The notes: generated by a model not told the origin, from the letters alone. Counted from the stretch's first letter, positions 9,668-19,319 are shown. The stretch: 64,000 nucleotides of DNA from Hyphomicrobiales bacterium (GCA_017305835.1 JAFKJY010000042.1:36110-100109); one strand, 5' to 3'. A program made the numbers and translations.

Positions 9668-9674
9668 CATTCCG

Positions 9675-10292
9675 TCACCGAACCCGGCGCGCCTCGATTC
9701 GGCCGTAGAGGCTGACGGCGCCGCCGGAATAGACCGCCCGAGCCGTAAGGTAGACCGTTGTCGTTGAGGCAAGCGAGAAGCGGGTCCGTGGCCCCGGCAT
9801 GACCATACTGTTCACGCCAATCGCGAGCGTCCCTTGAAAGCGTGTGTATCGGCCGAGCGTCACGTCCAGAGTGCCCGAGGTCAGTGAGGCTCCGCCATCG
9901 AGGGTCGAAACCGTCGCGCCGGTGGTGGTGCCGACCATGCCGAGGACATTGGAAACGTCCCAGTCGCCGGCGGCCAGCGAGATCGAAGCAAGATTGTAGA
10001 CCGAATTGGAGCTCGCCGCCTGCGCGGACCCGATCGCTAATTCGGCGGCAATGTACTCACCTAGGCGACCGGATGAGGCGTTGTCGTTGGTCGCCGTCGT
10101 GGCGATCTGGGACGTCGCCAGCTCCGACAGCTTCGGGAAGTCGACATAGGCGTTCACAGCCGTGGCAACCGCGAAGCGGCTTTCGTCGGTGATGAGGTAC
10201 GGCTCGCCGGCGATCAGACCGTTTGCCGCCCTCTGGGCATCGAGGTTCGCGCGCGTGGCGCGCAGAACCTTGATCGGGTTGCCTCGCGCCAT
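9675..10292 (-). CDS. Tail fibre-associated protein
   Basis: N-terminus IKVLRATRAN...GEPYLITD resembles phage fibre/Mtd-type N-terminal domains; beta-rich C-terminus. Confidence 0.55.
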   Translation of the reverse strand: MARGNPIKVLRATRANLDAQRAANGLIAGEPYLITDESRFAVATAVNAYVDFPKLSELATSQIATTATNDNASSGRLGEYIAAELAIGSAQAASSNSVYNLASISLAAGDWDVSNVLGMVGTTTGATVSTLDGGASLTSGTLDVTLGRYTRFQGTLAIGVNSMVMPGPRTRFSLASTTTVYLTARAVYSGGAVSLYGRIEARRVR

Positions 10293-10294
10293 GG

Positions 10295-11557
10295 CTAGAA
10301 CGTGCCGCCGTCGATCGTCGCGGCCGCGATGGTCGCCACGACGTTGGCCGTCGTCGCGATCTGCGTCGTGTTGGTGCCGGCCGCGGCCGTCGGCGCCACC
10401 GGCGTGCCGTCGAGCGTCGGCGACGTCAGGGTCTTGTTCGTCAGCGTCTGCGCGCCGGTCAGCGTCACGGCGCCGTCGATGTTCGTCTGGATGATCGACC
10501 AGTTCGAGCCCACGGTGGCCTGGTTTCCGCTCGACGTCCCGTCGGTCAGGCAGAGCAGGATGTCGCCGGCCTCGACATTGACGCCGGAGCCGCCTCCGAT
10601 CTTGCCAGCCACGCTGACGCGATAGGTGTCGCCGGCATTCGCGGCCGGGTAGTTCGGGTTGGCCGAGCAATCGAGGACGCCCTTGAACACCATCGCGTCG
10701 TTGGCCGCGATCAACCCGTCGGCATAGGCCTTCACCGCCTTCTGCGTGGCGATCTTGCTGTCGCTGTTCGCCGACAGCGACGTGTCGGTGTCGATGACGC
10801 CGGAGGCGAAGTCGGCCACCTCGAGGTTCGATATCGCGTTGCCGGTGCCGTTGGCGTCGAACGTCTTGTTCGTCAGGGTCGCCGTCGACGAGGCTGTGAG
10901 GTAGGAGCCGGCCGCCTGGTAGAGGCTGTCGAAGTACGTCTTCAGTGTCGCCTTCAGGTTGGCGAAGGTCAGCTTCTTCAGGACGTTCGAGGCCGCGCTG
11001 TCGATCAGGCCGAACTCGTCGGCATCCACCGGCGTCGACTTCGATGTGGCGCCGTGCATTGTCGAACCGACATTGCCGGCGTCGGTGACGTCGGCGCTCG
11101 CCTCGATGCCGGAAAGCTTCGTCTTCTCAGTGGCCGTGAAGACCTTGTTCGTCGTACCGTCGACATGGTTGTCGGCGTCGAACGCGTCGGCCTCGACATT
11201 GTTCGGATCGTAGACCGACTTGAGCATGTCGCCGCCGCCGGCGCTCGACACGCTGTCGTCGACATACTTCTTGTTCGCCACCTCGTAGCTGGACGTGGGC
11301 GCGGTCGACGGCGTCACCGGGAAGTCGGAGAACGTCTTCACGCCAGCCACGGTCTGCGCGCTCGTCTTGTCGACGAAGGCGCCCTTGCCGCCGATCGGGA
11401 TGACCGACGTGGCATTGGCGCTGCCGTCGTCTCCCTTGCCGTAATAGAGCGTGTCGTCCTGCTCGTTATAGGCCGGCTCTGCCGACAGGAGCGAAGACGG
11501 CGCGCCTGCGGCTCCGCCGGCCGCGCGCCGCTTCATGCGGATCAAGTTGTTCGCCAT
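10295..11557 (-). CDS. Tail fibre protein
   Basis: IRMKRR...EPAYNEQDDTLYYG N-terminus, ANKKYVDD and TLTNKT repeats, ends IDGGTF. Confidence 0.7.
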   Translation of the reverse strand: MANNLIRMKRRAAGGAAGAPSSLLSAEPAYNEQDDTLYYGKGDDGSANATSVIPIGGKGAFVDKTSAQTVAGVKTFSDFPVTPSTAPTSSYEVANKKYVDDSVSSAGGGDMLKSVYDPNNVEADAFDADNHVDGTTNKVFTATEKTKLSGIEASADVTDAGNVGSTMHGATSKSTPVDADEFGLIDSAASNVLKKLTFANLKATLKTYFDSLYQAAGSYLTASSTATLTNKTFDANGTGNAISNLEVADFASGVIDTDTSLSANSDSKIATQKAVKAYADGLIAANDAMVFKGVLDCSANPNYPAANAGDTYRVSVAGKIGGGSGVNVEAGDILLCLTDGTSSGNQATVGSNWSIIQTNIDGAVTLTGAQTLTNKTLTSPTLDGTPVAPTAAAGTNTTQIATTANVVATIAAATIDGGTF

Positions 11558-11571
11558 GTCTGATCTCCAGG

Positions 11572-11799
11572 TTAGAAATTGCCGCCGTCGATGACGAAGC
11601 CGTTTTCGAGCGAGCCGGCCGGCCCCTGCGGTCCTTGGGGGCCCACCGGACCCTGCGGTCCCTGGACGCCGCGCACGCCCATGCCGCTCACCGACACCGA
11701 CGCGCCGCCGGTCGCCTCGACGACCGCGACCGAGCCGTTGTCGAGGTTTCTCACCTCGACGACGACCTGTCGGTTGATGACGCTGACGGACGCTGTCAC
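11572..11799 (-). CDS. Short collagen-like tail protein
   Basis: GVQGPQGPVGPQGPQGPAG repeat; ends IDGGNF; GTG start overlaps upstream stop. Confidence 0.6.
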   Translation of the reverse strand: MTASVSVINRQVVVEVRNLDNGSVAVVEATGGASVSVSGMGVRGVQGPQGPVGPQGPQGPAGSLENGFVIDGGNF

Positions 11800-12104
11800 T
11801 GCACGTTGATCCAGATCTTCGGCGTGACGCGGTTGTCGCCGGAATACTGCGCCTCGATGCGGAACCAGTTGACCCGGCCGGAACCGAGCTGGTCGGCCTG
11901 CGCTTCGGTGAGAGCGAGCCTCACCTGACCCTGTTCGGCGTCGGCCACCGTTATGGTCGCGGCCTGAAGAATGGCAGGATTGCACTCGCGCACCGAGACC
12001 GTTGCGCCTGTCAGGTCGAGCGGAGCCTCACCCGCAGGGCCTTCCCAGAAAATGCACTCCAGCGTGAGCGCCTGGCCGCGCTGCGTGATGACCGTGTCGC
12101 TCAT
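11796..12104 (-). CDS. Tail-associated protein (BppU-N-like)
   Basis: PLDLTGATV...DAEQGQVRLALT pattern; position in tail module. Confidence 0.5.
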   Translation of the reverse strand: MSDTVITQRGQALTLECIFWEGPAGEAPLDLTGATVSVRECNPAILQAATITVADAEQGQVRLALTEAQADQLGSGRVNWFRIEAQYSGDNRVTPKIWINVQ

Positions 12105-12112
12105 GGTGCGCT

Positions 12113-12580
12113 CTATCCGTTGTCGGACTTAGGCGCGACCTGGATGATGGCGGTCGTCGTCCTACCGACGACGAGCATCACGTCGCTGGGGTCGAGCACC
12201 TGGTTGGCGCTGCCATTGAGGTGCGCGTTGGTCCGGTCGATGGTGACTGCCGAAGAACCGATGTTCCTGAATTGGTAGGTCTTGTTGACCACCGCGTTGG
12301 AGAACGTGGAGATCGTCGCCGGAGACGCGTAGTCGAAGGTCACGACCTCGACGTTGGCAAGGTCGAGGCTCGTGCCCGAGGTCTTGGCGAGCACGCGCGG
12401 CGCGGGATAGGCAACGGCTGCGGCTACCTGATCGTCGACGTACTTCTTCGTCGCCGCGTGAAGGTCGACGGTGGGAGCACCGAACAGCGTCAGCGCGCCG
12501 GTCATCGTGCCGCCGGCCTTCTGTAGATAGCCGGCAAGCGAGCTGCCCAGCGACCAGAGGTTGAGACGTGGAATAGCCAT
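12113..12580 (-). CDS. Tail fibre-like protein
   Basis: LQKAGGTMTGALTL...AATKKYVDD fibre motif. Confidence 0.6.
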   Translation of the reverse strand: MAIPRLNLWSLGSSLAGYLQKAGGTMTGALTLFGAPTVDLHAATKKYVDDQVAAAVAYPAPRVLAKTSGTSLDLANVEVVTFDYASPATISTFSNAVVNKTYQFRNIGSSAVTIDRTNAHLNGSANQVLDPSDVMLVVGRTTTAIIQVAPKSDNG

Positions 12581-12591
12581 CTTATTGCCCT

Positions 12592-15039
12592 CTATGCCCA
12601 GGCGTCTCGGCCGTTGCCGGATGCGTCGGAATACTCAGTGCCCGCACCGCGGAAGTCGGAGGCGTAACTTACCGAAGCCGAGCCAGCGACGCGGAGACCG
12701 TAAGCAGGCGCGTAAGTGCCGGGATCAAGGACATTGCCCACGACGACCGCCCTCCCGCCGTAGTCGGAGGTCATGTAGATGCAGGCCGTGCCTGCCCCGC
12801 CCGCGGCGCTCATCCGGGAGAAGATGTTGCCGTTGAGCGCCAGCGTCCCCGAGCCCAATCCGACGACAATGCCGTAGCCGACCCAATTGGTGATGATGTT
12901 GTTCGCCACGATCGTCTGGTCCGCGTAGACGTTGACGTGGATGGGAACCGAAGCGGTGCTCGGCGTAGCATTGCCATAGCCGCGGATGACGTTGCCCGTC
13001 ACGACGAGCTGCCACGAAGTCCCGAGTGTGCCGCTGGCGCCGCCCTGAACCGTGATCCCGAGCGCAGGGGTCACGCCGGCCGAGGTGCCGTCGGGAAGCC
13101 TCGTATCGATGATGTTTTTCGCGATGATGTTCTGGTAACCGGCATAGCTCGCCGCTGAGCCTGAACTGTTGCCGGCCATGATGCCGTACTTGCAGGCATA
13201 GATCTTGCAGTTGACGAACGTCATCTGGTAGCCGCCGTGGAAGTCCAGCGCCTCCCAGATCTGCGGTCCGATGAACGTGGTGCCGTCCACGTTGCAGTCG
13301 ATCGGGAAGTGGTTGTTGGCGCGCGGTGTGCCGGCGTTTGGATCGCTGCTATAGCCGACCGTGTCGTGCGTGAGCGCGCAGCCATAGGCGTTGCTGCTTA
13401 TGCCGACGGCATCCAGCATGACGATCGAACCGCCGCGCATCCGGAACCGCTGTGGCGATTCCATCATCAGCCCGGCATAGGCGATGTCCCAGAGATGACA
13501 GTCCTCGAAGACGACGTCATCAGCCCACCGCGTCCACACGCCTTGTAGCCCGGCGCCGTGGATCTTGCAGCGATAAAAGCCCATCCCGACGGCACGGTCT
13601 GTGCGCGACGTGCCCTGCTGGCGGACGATGTCGTGCGCGTTGACCGCCGTACCTTTGCCGCCGCCTCCCGAGAGCTCGACTGCGACCCAGGTTACCCGAG
13701 CCGATTTGCCCACGGTGATTTGGGCGCCATCGTCATCCTTGTCGCTCGACAGATGGCCGCTCCAGACCGTGCAACCGGTATCGATCGTGAGCGTCGTGTA
13801 TTTGTAGGTCTTCGCCTCGAGGTAGATGACGACACCGGCGGCAATGTCGTCGAACATCGCCTGCAGCGCATCAGTGTCGTCGGTCGTACCGTCGCCCACG
13901 GCGCCGTAGTCGGACGGAACGACAAGACCGCCACGCGAGACCGCCGTTTCGAGGTCGGCAAGCACGTCCGCAAGAGTGTTCCCCTCGCCGTCGACGACCA
14001 TCGACGTGGTCGTGACGCCGAGCGGCACGATCTCAAAGACATCCCAGTCGATCGGCACGCCGTCGCCGACCGCCTCGCTGAACGACAAGGCGCCAGCTGA
14101 CAGCGTGTAGCCGCTCGTTATGCGGCGCCCGTCGATATAGATGTGGGTGTTGGCCGCTTCGGCCTCGTCCGGCAGCGTGAAGTCGGTCTCGACACCGTCG
14201 CTGACCGCGCTGCCGCTGTTGATCGTTCCGGCCACCTGGGTGGCGTCGACCCATCCCGTGCCGTTCCAGCGGCGCATGAGATCGGATGTAGTGTTCGTGT
14301 AGAGTTGGCCCGTTACCGGGCTTCCGCCCGCGGCGGCCGTCGCCGCAGCATCGTTGGCGAAGGCGCCGAGATAGAGATCCCGGATCGCGGCAAGAGCAGC
14401 CTCGGCGGCCGCCTGCACCGCGGCAGCATCGCCGTAGGTGAAGAAGCGGTAGGCGCCGTCCTCGTCGATCTGGACGAGCGCGGCCATGCCGGCAATGACG
14501 TAGTCCGCCGGGATCGGGTCGCCGATATTGGTGACGATGGCGCGCGGCGTCTCCCCATTGATGGCGAGCGTCATCGCCCCCGAGTTCGTCGCCGTGAAAT
14601 TGACCGAGACTAGCGCGCGGTAGGGCTCGGTCGCGAAGGTGGCGTCGACCGTCGCCTGCACCGCATTGGCGGTTCCGGTGCCGGTATTCAGCGCGTGGAT
14701 GATCGCCGCCGGCAGTCCCCCGACCCTTCTCCAGCCGGCAGGCGACGCCGACCAGATGAAGGTGCCCGTATTGGCGACGGTACCGCCGACGACCGGATCG
14801 GTGTGCGTGCCCGCGTCCGGGCCGTAGACCTGCGCCGGCTGGCCCGTATGCGCGCCCGTGATCGCCGACAGCCCCGACCACGTCACCTGGTCGATGCGCC
14901 CGACGACCGCGCCGTCGAGCGCCCGCTCCATCTCGGTCGACCAGACGACGGCCTCGCCATTGTCCACCTGCCGCGGATTGCCTGCTGCATCGCGGCCGGC
15001 AAAGACGTCCTTGCCCAGCTTCGTCAGGGGAAGCGTCAT
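12592..15039 (-). CDS. Tailspike with parallel beta-helix (pectate-lyase-like depolymerase) domain
   Basis: DYGAVGDGTTDDTDALQ cap motif followed by repeated N-x-I/G-N-x-I beta-helix rungs. Confidence 0.8.
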   Translation of the reverse strand: MTLPLTKLGKDVFAGRDAAGNPRQVDNGEAVVWSTEMERALDGAVVGRIDQVTWSGLSAITGAHTGQPAQVYGPDAGTHTDPVVGGTVANTGTFIWSASPAGWRRVGGLPAAIIHALNTGTGTANAVQATVDATFATEPYRALVSVNFTATNSGAMTLAINGETPRAIVTNIGDPIPADYVIAGMAALVQIDEDGAYRFFTYGDAAAVQAAAEAALAAIRDLYLGAFANDAAATAAAGGSPVTGQLYTNTTSDLMRRWNGTGWVDATQVAGTINSGSAVSDGVETDFTLPDEAEAANTHIYIDGRRITSGYTLSAGALSFSEAVGDGVPIDWDVFEIVPLGVTTTSMVVDGEGNTLADVLADLETAVSRGGLVVPSDYGAVGDGTTDDTDALQAMFDDIAAGVVIYLEAKTYKYTTLTIDTGCTVWSGHLSSDKDDDGAQITVGKSARVTWVAVELSGGGGKGTAVNAHDIVRQQGTSRTDRAVGMGFYRCKIHGAGLQGVWTRWADDVVFEDCHLWDIAYAGLMMESPQRFRMRGGSIVMLDAVGISSNAYGCALTHDTVGYSSDPNAGTPRANNHFPIDCNVDGTTFIGPQIWEALDFHGGYQMTFVNCKIYACKYGIMAGNSSGSAASYAGYQNIIAKNIIDTRLPDGTSAGVTPALGITVQGGASGTLGTSWQLVVTGNVIRGYGNATPSTASVPIHVNVYADQTIVANNIITNWVGYGIVVGLGSGTLALNGNIFSRMSAAGGAGTACIYMTSDYGGRAVVVGNVLDPGTYAPAYGLRVAGSASVSYASDFRGAGTEYSDASGNGRDAWA

Positions 15040-15079
15040 TCGAAGTGCTCCAGCGATGTCGATTGAAACTTGGTGCCGA

Positions 15080-17272
15080 TCAGGGATCTGGCGTGTGGAA
15101 TACGAACTCGTAGTCGTAGGCGGGACCGGCCGTCCCGTTCGAGCTGTAGGCGATGATCTGGTAGTTCACCGCCTCGCCCTCCACGTCGACGACGGGCGGA
15201 GACGGATCTTCCATCACGTAGGCGGTACCCGGTCGGGCATTCTGTTGGTCGACCTGCTCCCATGGGCCGTAGTCGCTGCCGCCGTCGATCCGATAGCGCC
15301 GCCTGAGCCGCATCTCCACGGCGCTGAGCGAGCCGATGGTGACGTCCGAAAACGTCCCGAGGCTGCCGAGGCTGCCGACCTCGGGAGCAGCAGGAGCGCC
15401 GTTGGCGAGCGCCAGCGTGATGTGGACGGTCGGCGACCAGTCCGAAGGGTTGTCGTCTGCATCGAAGGACTGCACGCGCAGGTCGGCCTGCGTGCCGGGT
15501 GTGCCAGCGGCCGCATAGGCGAAGTACGGCCCCCTCACCTCGTCCATCGAGGACCATGCGTTCGGATTGCCGGCCGTGTAGGTCCGGTAGATCGCCTGCT
15601 CTGCCGAGGATACGACGTCGACGCTGTAGGGGAAGCGAATCTCATAGGCGCCGGACGGATATCTCACCAGGATCGGCGTTCCGGCCATCGGCGTCGGCAC
15701 CTCGCTTTCGTAGACGATCTCCGGCACCTGCTCCGGCGCCGGCACTTCCATCGTCGCCGGGTTCCACGGCTGGCCGATCAGTTCGGCCGGCCAGACCGCA
15801 TAAGGTATCTCCACCTGACCGTTCGCGTCGTCGATCCGCGGCGGCGCCAGCTTGCACAGCGGGCTTTCGTCGAGGTCCGGAAACTCGATGTTGGCGTAGC
15901 TGCGCCCCCATGCCCACAGCCCGTCCCAGTTCGTCACCGTGCGGCCAGTATCGGCCCGCGCCAGCAGGAACTGTCGGCGAGCGAGGCGCTGCGCCTGGGA
16001 AGCCGACGGGCAGAACGGCAGCTTGATGTCCAGCAGCTTCTCGCCGTAGCGGTCGATCTCCGCGTCGACCCTCGCCCACGCCGCGCCGGTCAGGTCGATG
16101 TCGGCCATCTCGTAGTTGCGCTCGGCCGAGTAGTACTGCACGCGGCAGAGATTGGGCCGCTCCACCGCCTCCGGTCCGCTCTTCCAGTCCCACTCGCCCG
16201 CGTGAAGGACCGGCAGCGTGCCCTCGCTGGCCGGGCTGTCGTCGACGAGCCGGATCCTGATCTTGCCGTCGTCCGAGGTCTGAATCTCGGCGCCGACGCT
16301 GTCGAGCACCTGCTGCATCGTGTCGCCACGCAGAGATTCCGACAGCCAGACGCCCGAGCAGCGCGAGCGTGGCTCGGTGCCGCTCCGCGTGGCGACGAGG
16401 GCGTCCGCCTTGTCGGCTTCCGCCGCGATGTCGGTCCAGTCGAAGTCCGCGGCCGTCAGCTCCGGGTAGCGCATCATGATCCGCGCCGCGCACAGGATGC
16501 CGTTCTGCGACCACCTCCAAGTTGCGCGACTGGTCGGGCTCTGCGTCCCGTCGCGCGGGTCGTAGCAGGTGTCGTAGCGCCCGATGATCGCGACGTCCGG
16601 CTCGCCGCCCTGGAAGAGCTTGTTGAACTTGGCGATGCCGTCCTCGCTGTCGAGGCCCGGCGAGATGTAGCGCGCCAGCGTCTGTGCGATGCCGCGCACG
16701 CGGTGCGCCGGGGTCCACAGCGCCGGAAACTCGCTGATCAGATCCGGCCAGGCATTCTCGTCGTCGCTGCCGGCCTTGGTGAAGACGTGGATGAATGAAC
16801 CGCCGGTGTTGGCGTAGGGCGGCGACGAGACGCGTCCGTCGCCTTCCACGACGACCGTCCGCCCGCCGACGCGGTATTCCTCGATTGCGACCAGCGGTCC
16901 CCGCGCATGCGCGATAAGCCGGTAGCGGCTGTTCGTCTTCGTGTTGCCGAAGACCTTCAGCCCGCCCAGCAGGCAACGACCGATCGCATTGACCTCGGAT
17001 GCCTCCGTGCTCTCGAAAACGCTGCGATACTGCCCGGGATCAGCCACGCGCTGCTGCTGCCCACCGCCAAGCAACCCACTGCCGAGCAAGGAAACGCCGA
17101 CGCTGAGCGCGATGGATAGGCCGGTGTAGATGGCCGAGAACGAAAAGACGCTGCCGAGCGCACCCGAGAATAAGGTGTATGCAAGCGGCGTGATTACGAA
17201 ATCCGCCCGGGCGTGCGCCGTCATCGCCAGCAGCGACGCACCGCCGGCCAGGGCAATCTTGAACCACTTCAT
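15080..17272 (-). CDS. Tail tip / host-specificity (hub) protein
   Basis: 730 aa after minor tail genes; IGRYDTCYDPRD, WSQNGILCAA, RPNLCRVQY patterns. Confidence 0.7.
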   Translation of the reverse strand: MKWFKIALAGGASLLAMTAHARADFVITPLAYTLFSGALGSVFSFSAIYTGLSIALSVGVSLLGSGLLGGGQQQRVADPGQYRSVFESTEASEVNAIGRCLLGGLKVFGNTKTNSRYRLIAHARGPLVAIEEYRVGGRTVVVEGDGRVSSPPYANTGGSFIHVFTKAGSDDENAWPDLISEFPALWTPAHRVRGIAQTLARYISPGLDSEDGIAKFNKLFQGGEPDVAIIGRYDTCYDPRDGTQSPTSRATWRWSQNGILCAARIMMRYPELTAADFDWTDIAAEADKADALVATRSGTEPRSRCSGVWLSESLRGDTMQQVLDSVGAEIQTSDDGKIRIRLVDDSPASEGTLPVLHAGEWDWKSGPEAVERPNLCRVQYYSAERNYEMADIDLTGAAWARVDAEIDRYGEKLLDIKLPFCPSASQAQRLARRQFLLARADTGRTVTNWDGLWAWGRSYANIEFPDLDESPLCKLAPPRIDDANGQVEIPYAVWPAELIGQPWNPATMEVPAPEQVPEIVYESEVPTPMAGTPILVRYPSGAYEIRFPYSVDVVSSAEQAIYRTYTAGNPNAWSSMDEVRGPYFAYAAAGTPGTQADLRVQSFDADDNPSDWSPTVHITLALANGAPAAPEVGSLGSLGTFSDVTIGSLSAVEMRLRRRYRIDGGSDYGPWEQVDQQNARPGTAYVMEDPSPPVVDVEGEAVNYQIIAYSSNGTAGPAYDYEFVFHTPDP

Positions 17273-17673
17273 CACGAGAGCGCCCAGACCTTCTCGAACT
17301 GCCGCACCGGCCCGAACCAAGCGAAGCCGCCCTCGTCGCGCCTGATGGCGAGGATGCGGCCCCGCGCGAGGATGCCGCCGACCTGCCCGTAGAGCCGCGT
17401 GTCGACCACGGCGACGTCGCCGAGCTCCGGCTCGCCGAACCGCTCGACGATGCCCGTGCTTGCCAGGAAATGATCCCATGCCGCGACCAGGCTGCCGTGC
17501 GATGCCACGATCGCATGCGCCTCGTCCCTGCTGGCATAGGCGGGCAGCCGCACGTCATGTCCCAGCCGACGCGCCCACATGCACGGCGTGGCCGAGCAGT
17601 CCGACCGGCCCCATACCGGCGGCGCGGCGTTCTCCTCATCGAGGAAGGCGCGCAGTTTGGCCTTCAGGTCCAT
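17272..17673 (-). CDS. Tail assembly protein (DUF6950/NlpC-P60-like)
   Basis: VWGRSDC motif, GDVAVV; position before tail tip. Confidence 0.6.
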   Translation of the reverse strand: MDLKAKLRAFLDEENAAPPVWGRSDCSATPCMWARRLGHDVRLPAYASRDEAHAIVASHGSLVAAWDHFLASTGIVERFGEPELGDVAVVDTRLYGQVGGILARGRILAIRRDEGGFAWFGPVRQFEKVWALS

Positions 17674-18233
17674 ATCTCGTGCACCTTCTGACCGACGAAC
17701 TGCAGGCCCTTGTCGCCGGGGAAGCGCCGCATCTGGTCGGCATAGGTCCAGCGGCCGCCGAAAGGATAGTTCTGCGCGGCCCAGAAGCTCTCGATCGTGA
17801 GCCCGATATAGCGCTCCGAAACCCCGCGCCGGTGCAGCGACGGTGCGCTCATGCGGCCGGGGAACGGCGTCTTGAACATCAGCATGTCGCCGGTCTCGGG
17901 GTCGAACATACCCCATGAGAGCCTCGCGACCCGCCCCTCCAGCGCGCGGGCATCGGCCTTCACCGACCTGAAGAAGGCGACGTCGACGCCCCCGATGATG
18001 ATGTCCACCTTCGCAGCTTGCCCGAACCGCGGATCCTCGACGTCCGAGATGTGGACGAGCTGGCCGCCGACCGGATCGGTGACGCCGCGATAGTCCTGCC
18101 CGCCGATCGTGACGGTGCCGACGCCGTTGTGCAGCCAAGCCGGGCCGGACGGCAGGTCGAAATAGCCGAACCAGGCGCGCGCGATGTGCGGCCGTCGCAG
18201 GAACGCGCGGTCTCCGTCCGAGAAGGTCGCCAT
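17664..18233 (-). CDS. Minor tail protein
   Basis: Position; ends DKGLQFV...EIW like gpL-type tail proteins. Confidence 0.6.
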   Translation of the reverse strand: MATFSDGDRAFLRRPHIARAWFGYFDLPSGPAWLHNGVGTVTIGGQDYRGVTDPVGGQLVHISDVEDPRFGQAAKVDIIIGGVDVAFFRSVKADARALEGRVARLSWGMFDPETGDMLMFKTPFPGRMSAPSLHRRGVSERYIGLTIESFWAAQNYPFGGRWTYADQMRRFPGDKGLQFVGQKVHEIWT

Positions 18234-18294
18234 ATCGACTCGCCGCCGCTGAAATGTTTCGTTCCCGCTCAAACAACGGGGGGGGGGATGAACG

Positions 18295-18543
18295 ATGTCC
18301 GAGTTGCGATCGGTCGAAGCCTTCGAGCGCGCCTACCAGCGCGTCGCGCTACAGCACATGCTGGTGATGCTCGCCGAGTTCGGCATTCCGCCGGAACGTC
18401 TCGCTAGGTATTGCCTCGACATCGCAGAAATGATGCGATCCGCGCCAGCCAGCGACGAGGTACGACGGCACGCCGACCTGGTCGCCCGGCAGTACGAGGA
18501 CATGGCGAACATGATGCTGGGCGGTGGCCTTCTAGCTCGCTAG
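18295..18543 (+). CDS. Small antisense moron-like ORF
   Basis: 82 aa in gap between tail genes, G10 tract 7 nt upstream. Confidence 0.5.
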   Translation: MSELRSVEAFERAYQRVALQHMLVMLAEFGIPPERLARYCLDIAEMMRSAPASDEVRRHADLVARQYEDMANMMLGGGLLAR

Positions 18544-18614
18544 CCCAGAACACGGCCAGTTCCGCCGGCGTCAGCGACGCGACATAGGCGCTTCTTTCGT
18601 CGGGCGTCATGGTT

Positions 18615-19319
18615 TCAGTCTGCGAAATAGGCGCGGACGTCCGCGTCGAGGACTTCGACGAGCTGGACCGTCAGGCTCACGAAGGTCGCGTCCCGGTCGG
18701 CCTGCGCCCCGTTCTCGCCGAGCAGCCGCATCGCGAGCACCGGTTCGAGCGTCGCGAAGTCGTCGACCGAAACGGCGCGCCGCAGCGGCAGGTCGAGGCG
18801 GTAGAGGCCCGGCTCCAGCACTTCCGTCACCTCGTAGGCGCCGAAATGATCGACGAAGCCGACCCGGTCGCCGATGCCGAGCAGATGGCCCCAGAACACG
18901 TCTGCGAGGGCGATGATCGTGCTGCCCTTGGACGCCGTCGCCTGGACCGGCGCGAAGGTCGATCCGGCCTTCCACTCCTGTCCCGAGCTCCATGGGAGAC
19001 CGTTGTCCCAGGGCTGACCGTCCTTGAGCGACGGGACGCCGCGCAGGGCTGGCGCGAGTCCGTCCCAGTCGCAAAGCTTCACGCGCGTCGCGTTGGCGCC
19101 CCCGTGAAGGCCCTTCACCCAGCCGCGCACGCGCCGCGCCATCTGCCCGCGGATCGGCGGGAAGCCGAACTCCAGCGACACCATGCCGAAGGGCGAGGCG
19201 CTCGTCTGGACGAAGGCGCCGATCGATTCCGACTGCGCCGCGCCCACGGTGCGCGGCCCCGACAGCGGGCGCATCCGGTTCGCCCGCAATCCGAGCGGCC
19301 ACGAGAGAAGCCGGGCCAT
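18615..19319 (-). CDS. Distal tail (Dit-like) protein
   Basis: Directly after tape measure gene, 234 aa. Confidence 0.6.
   Translation of the reverse strand: MARLLSWPLGLRANRMRPLSGPRTVGAAQSESIGAFVQTSASPFGMVSLEFGFPPIRGQMARRVRGWVKGLHGGANATRVKLCDWDGLAPALRGVPSLKDGQPWDNGLPWSSGQEWKAGSTFAPVQATASKGSTIIALADVFWGHLLGIGDRVGFVDHFGAYEVTEVLEPGLYRLDLPLRRAVSVDDFATLEPVLAMRLLGENGAQADRDATFVSLTVQLVEVLDADVRAYFAD

Noticed and set aside
18404-18610. 68-aa minus-strand ORF in tail module
   Set aside because: Overlaps the + strand ORF in antisense and has no recognisable motif; cannot choose it with support.
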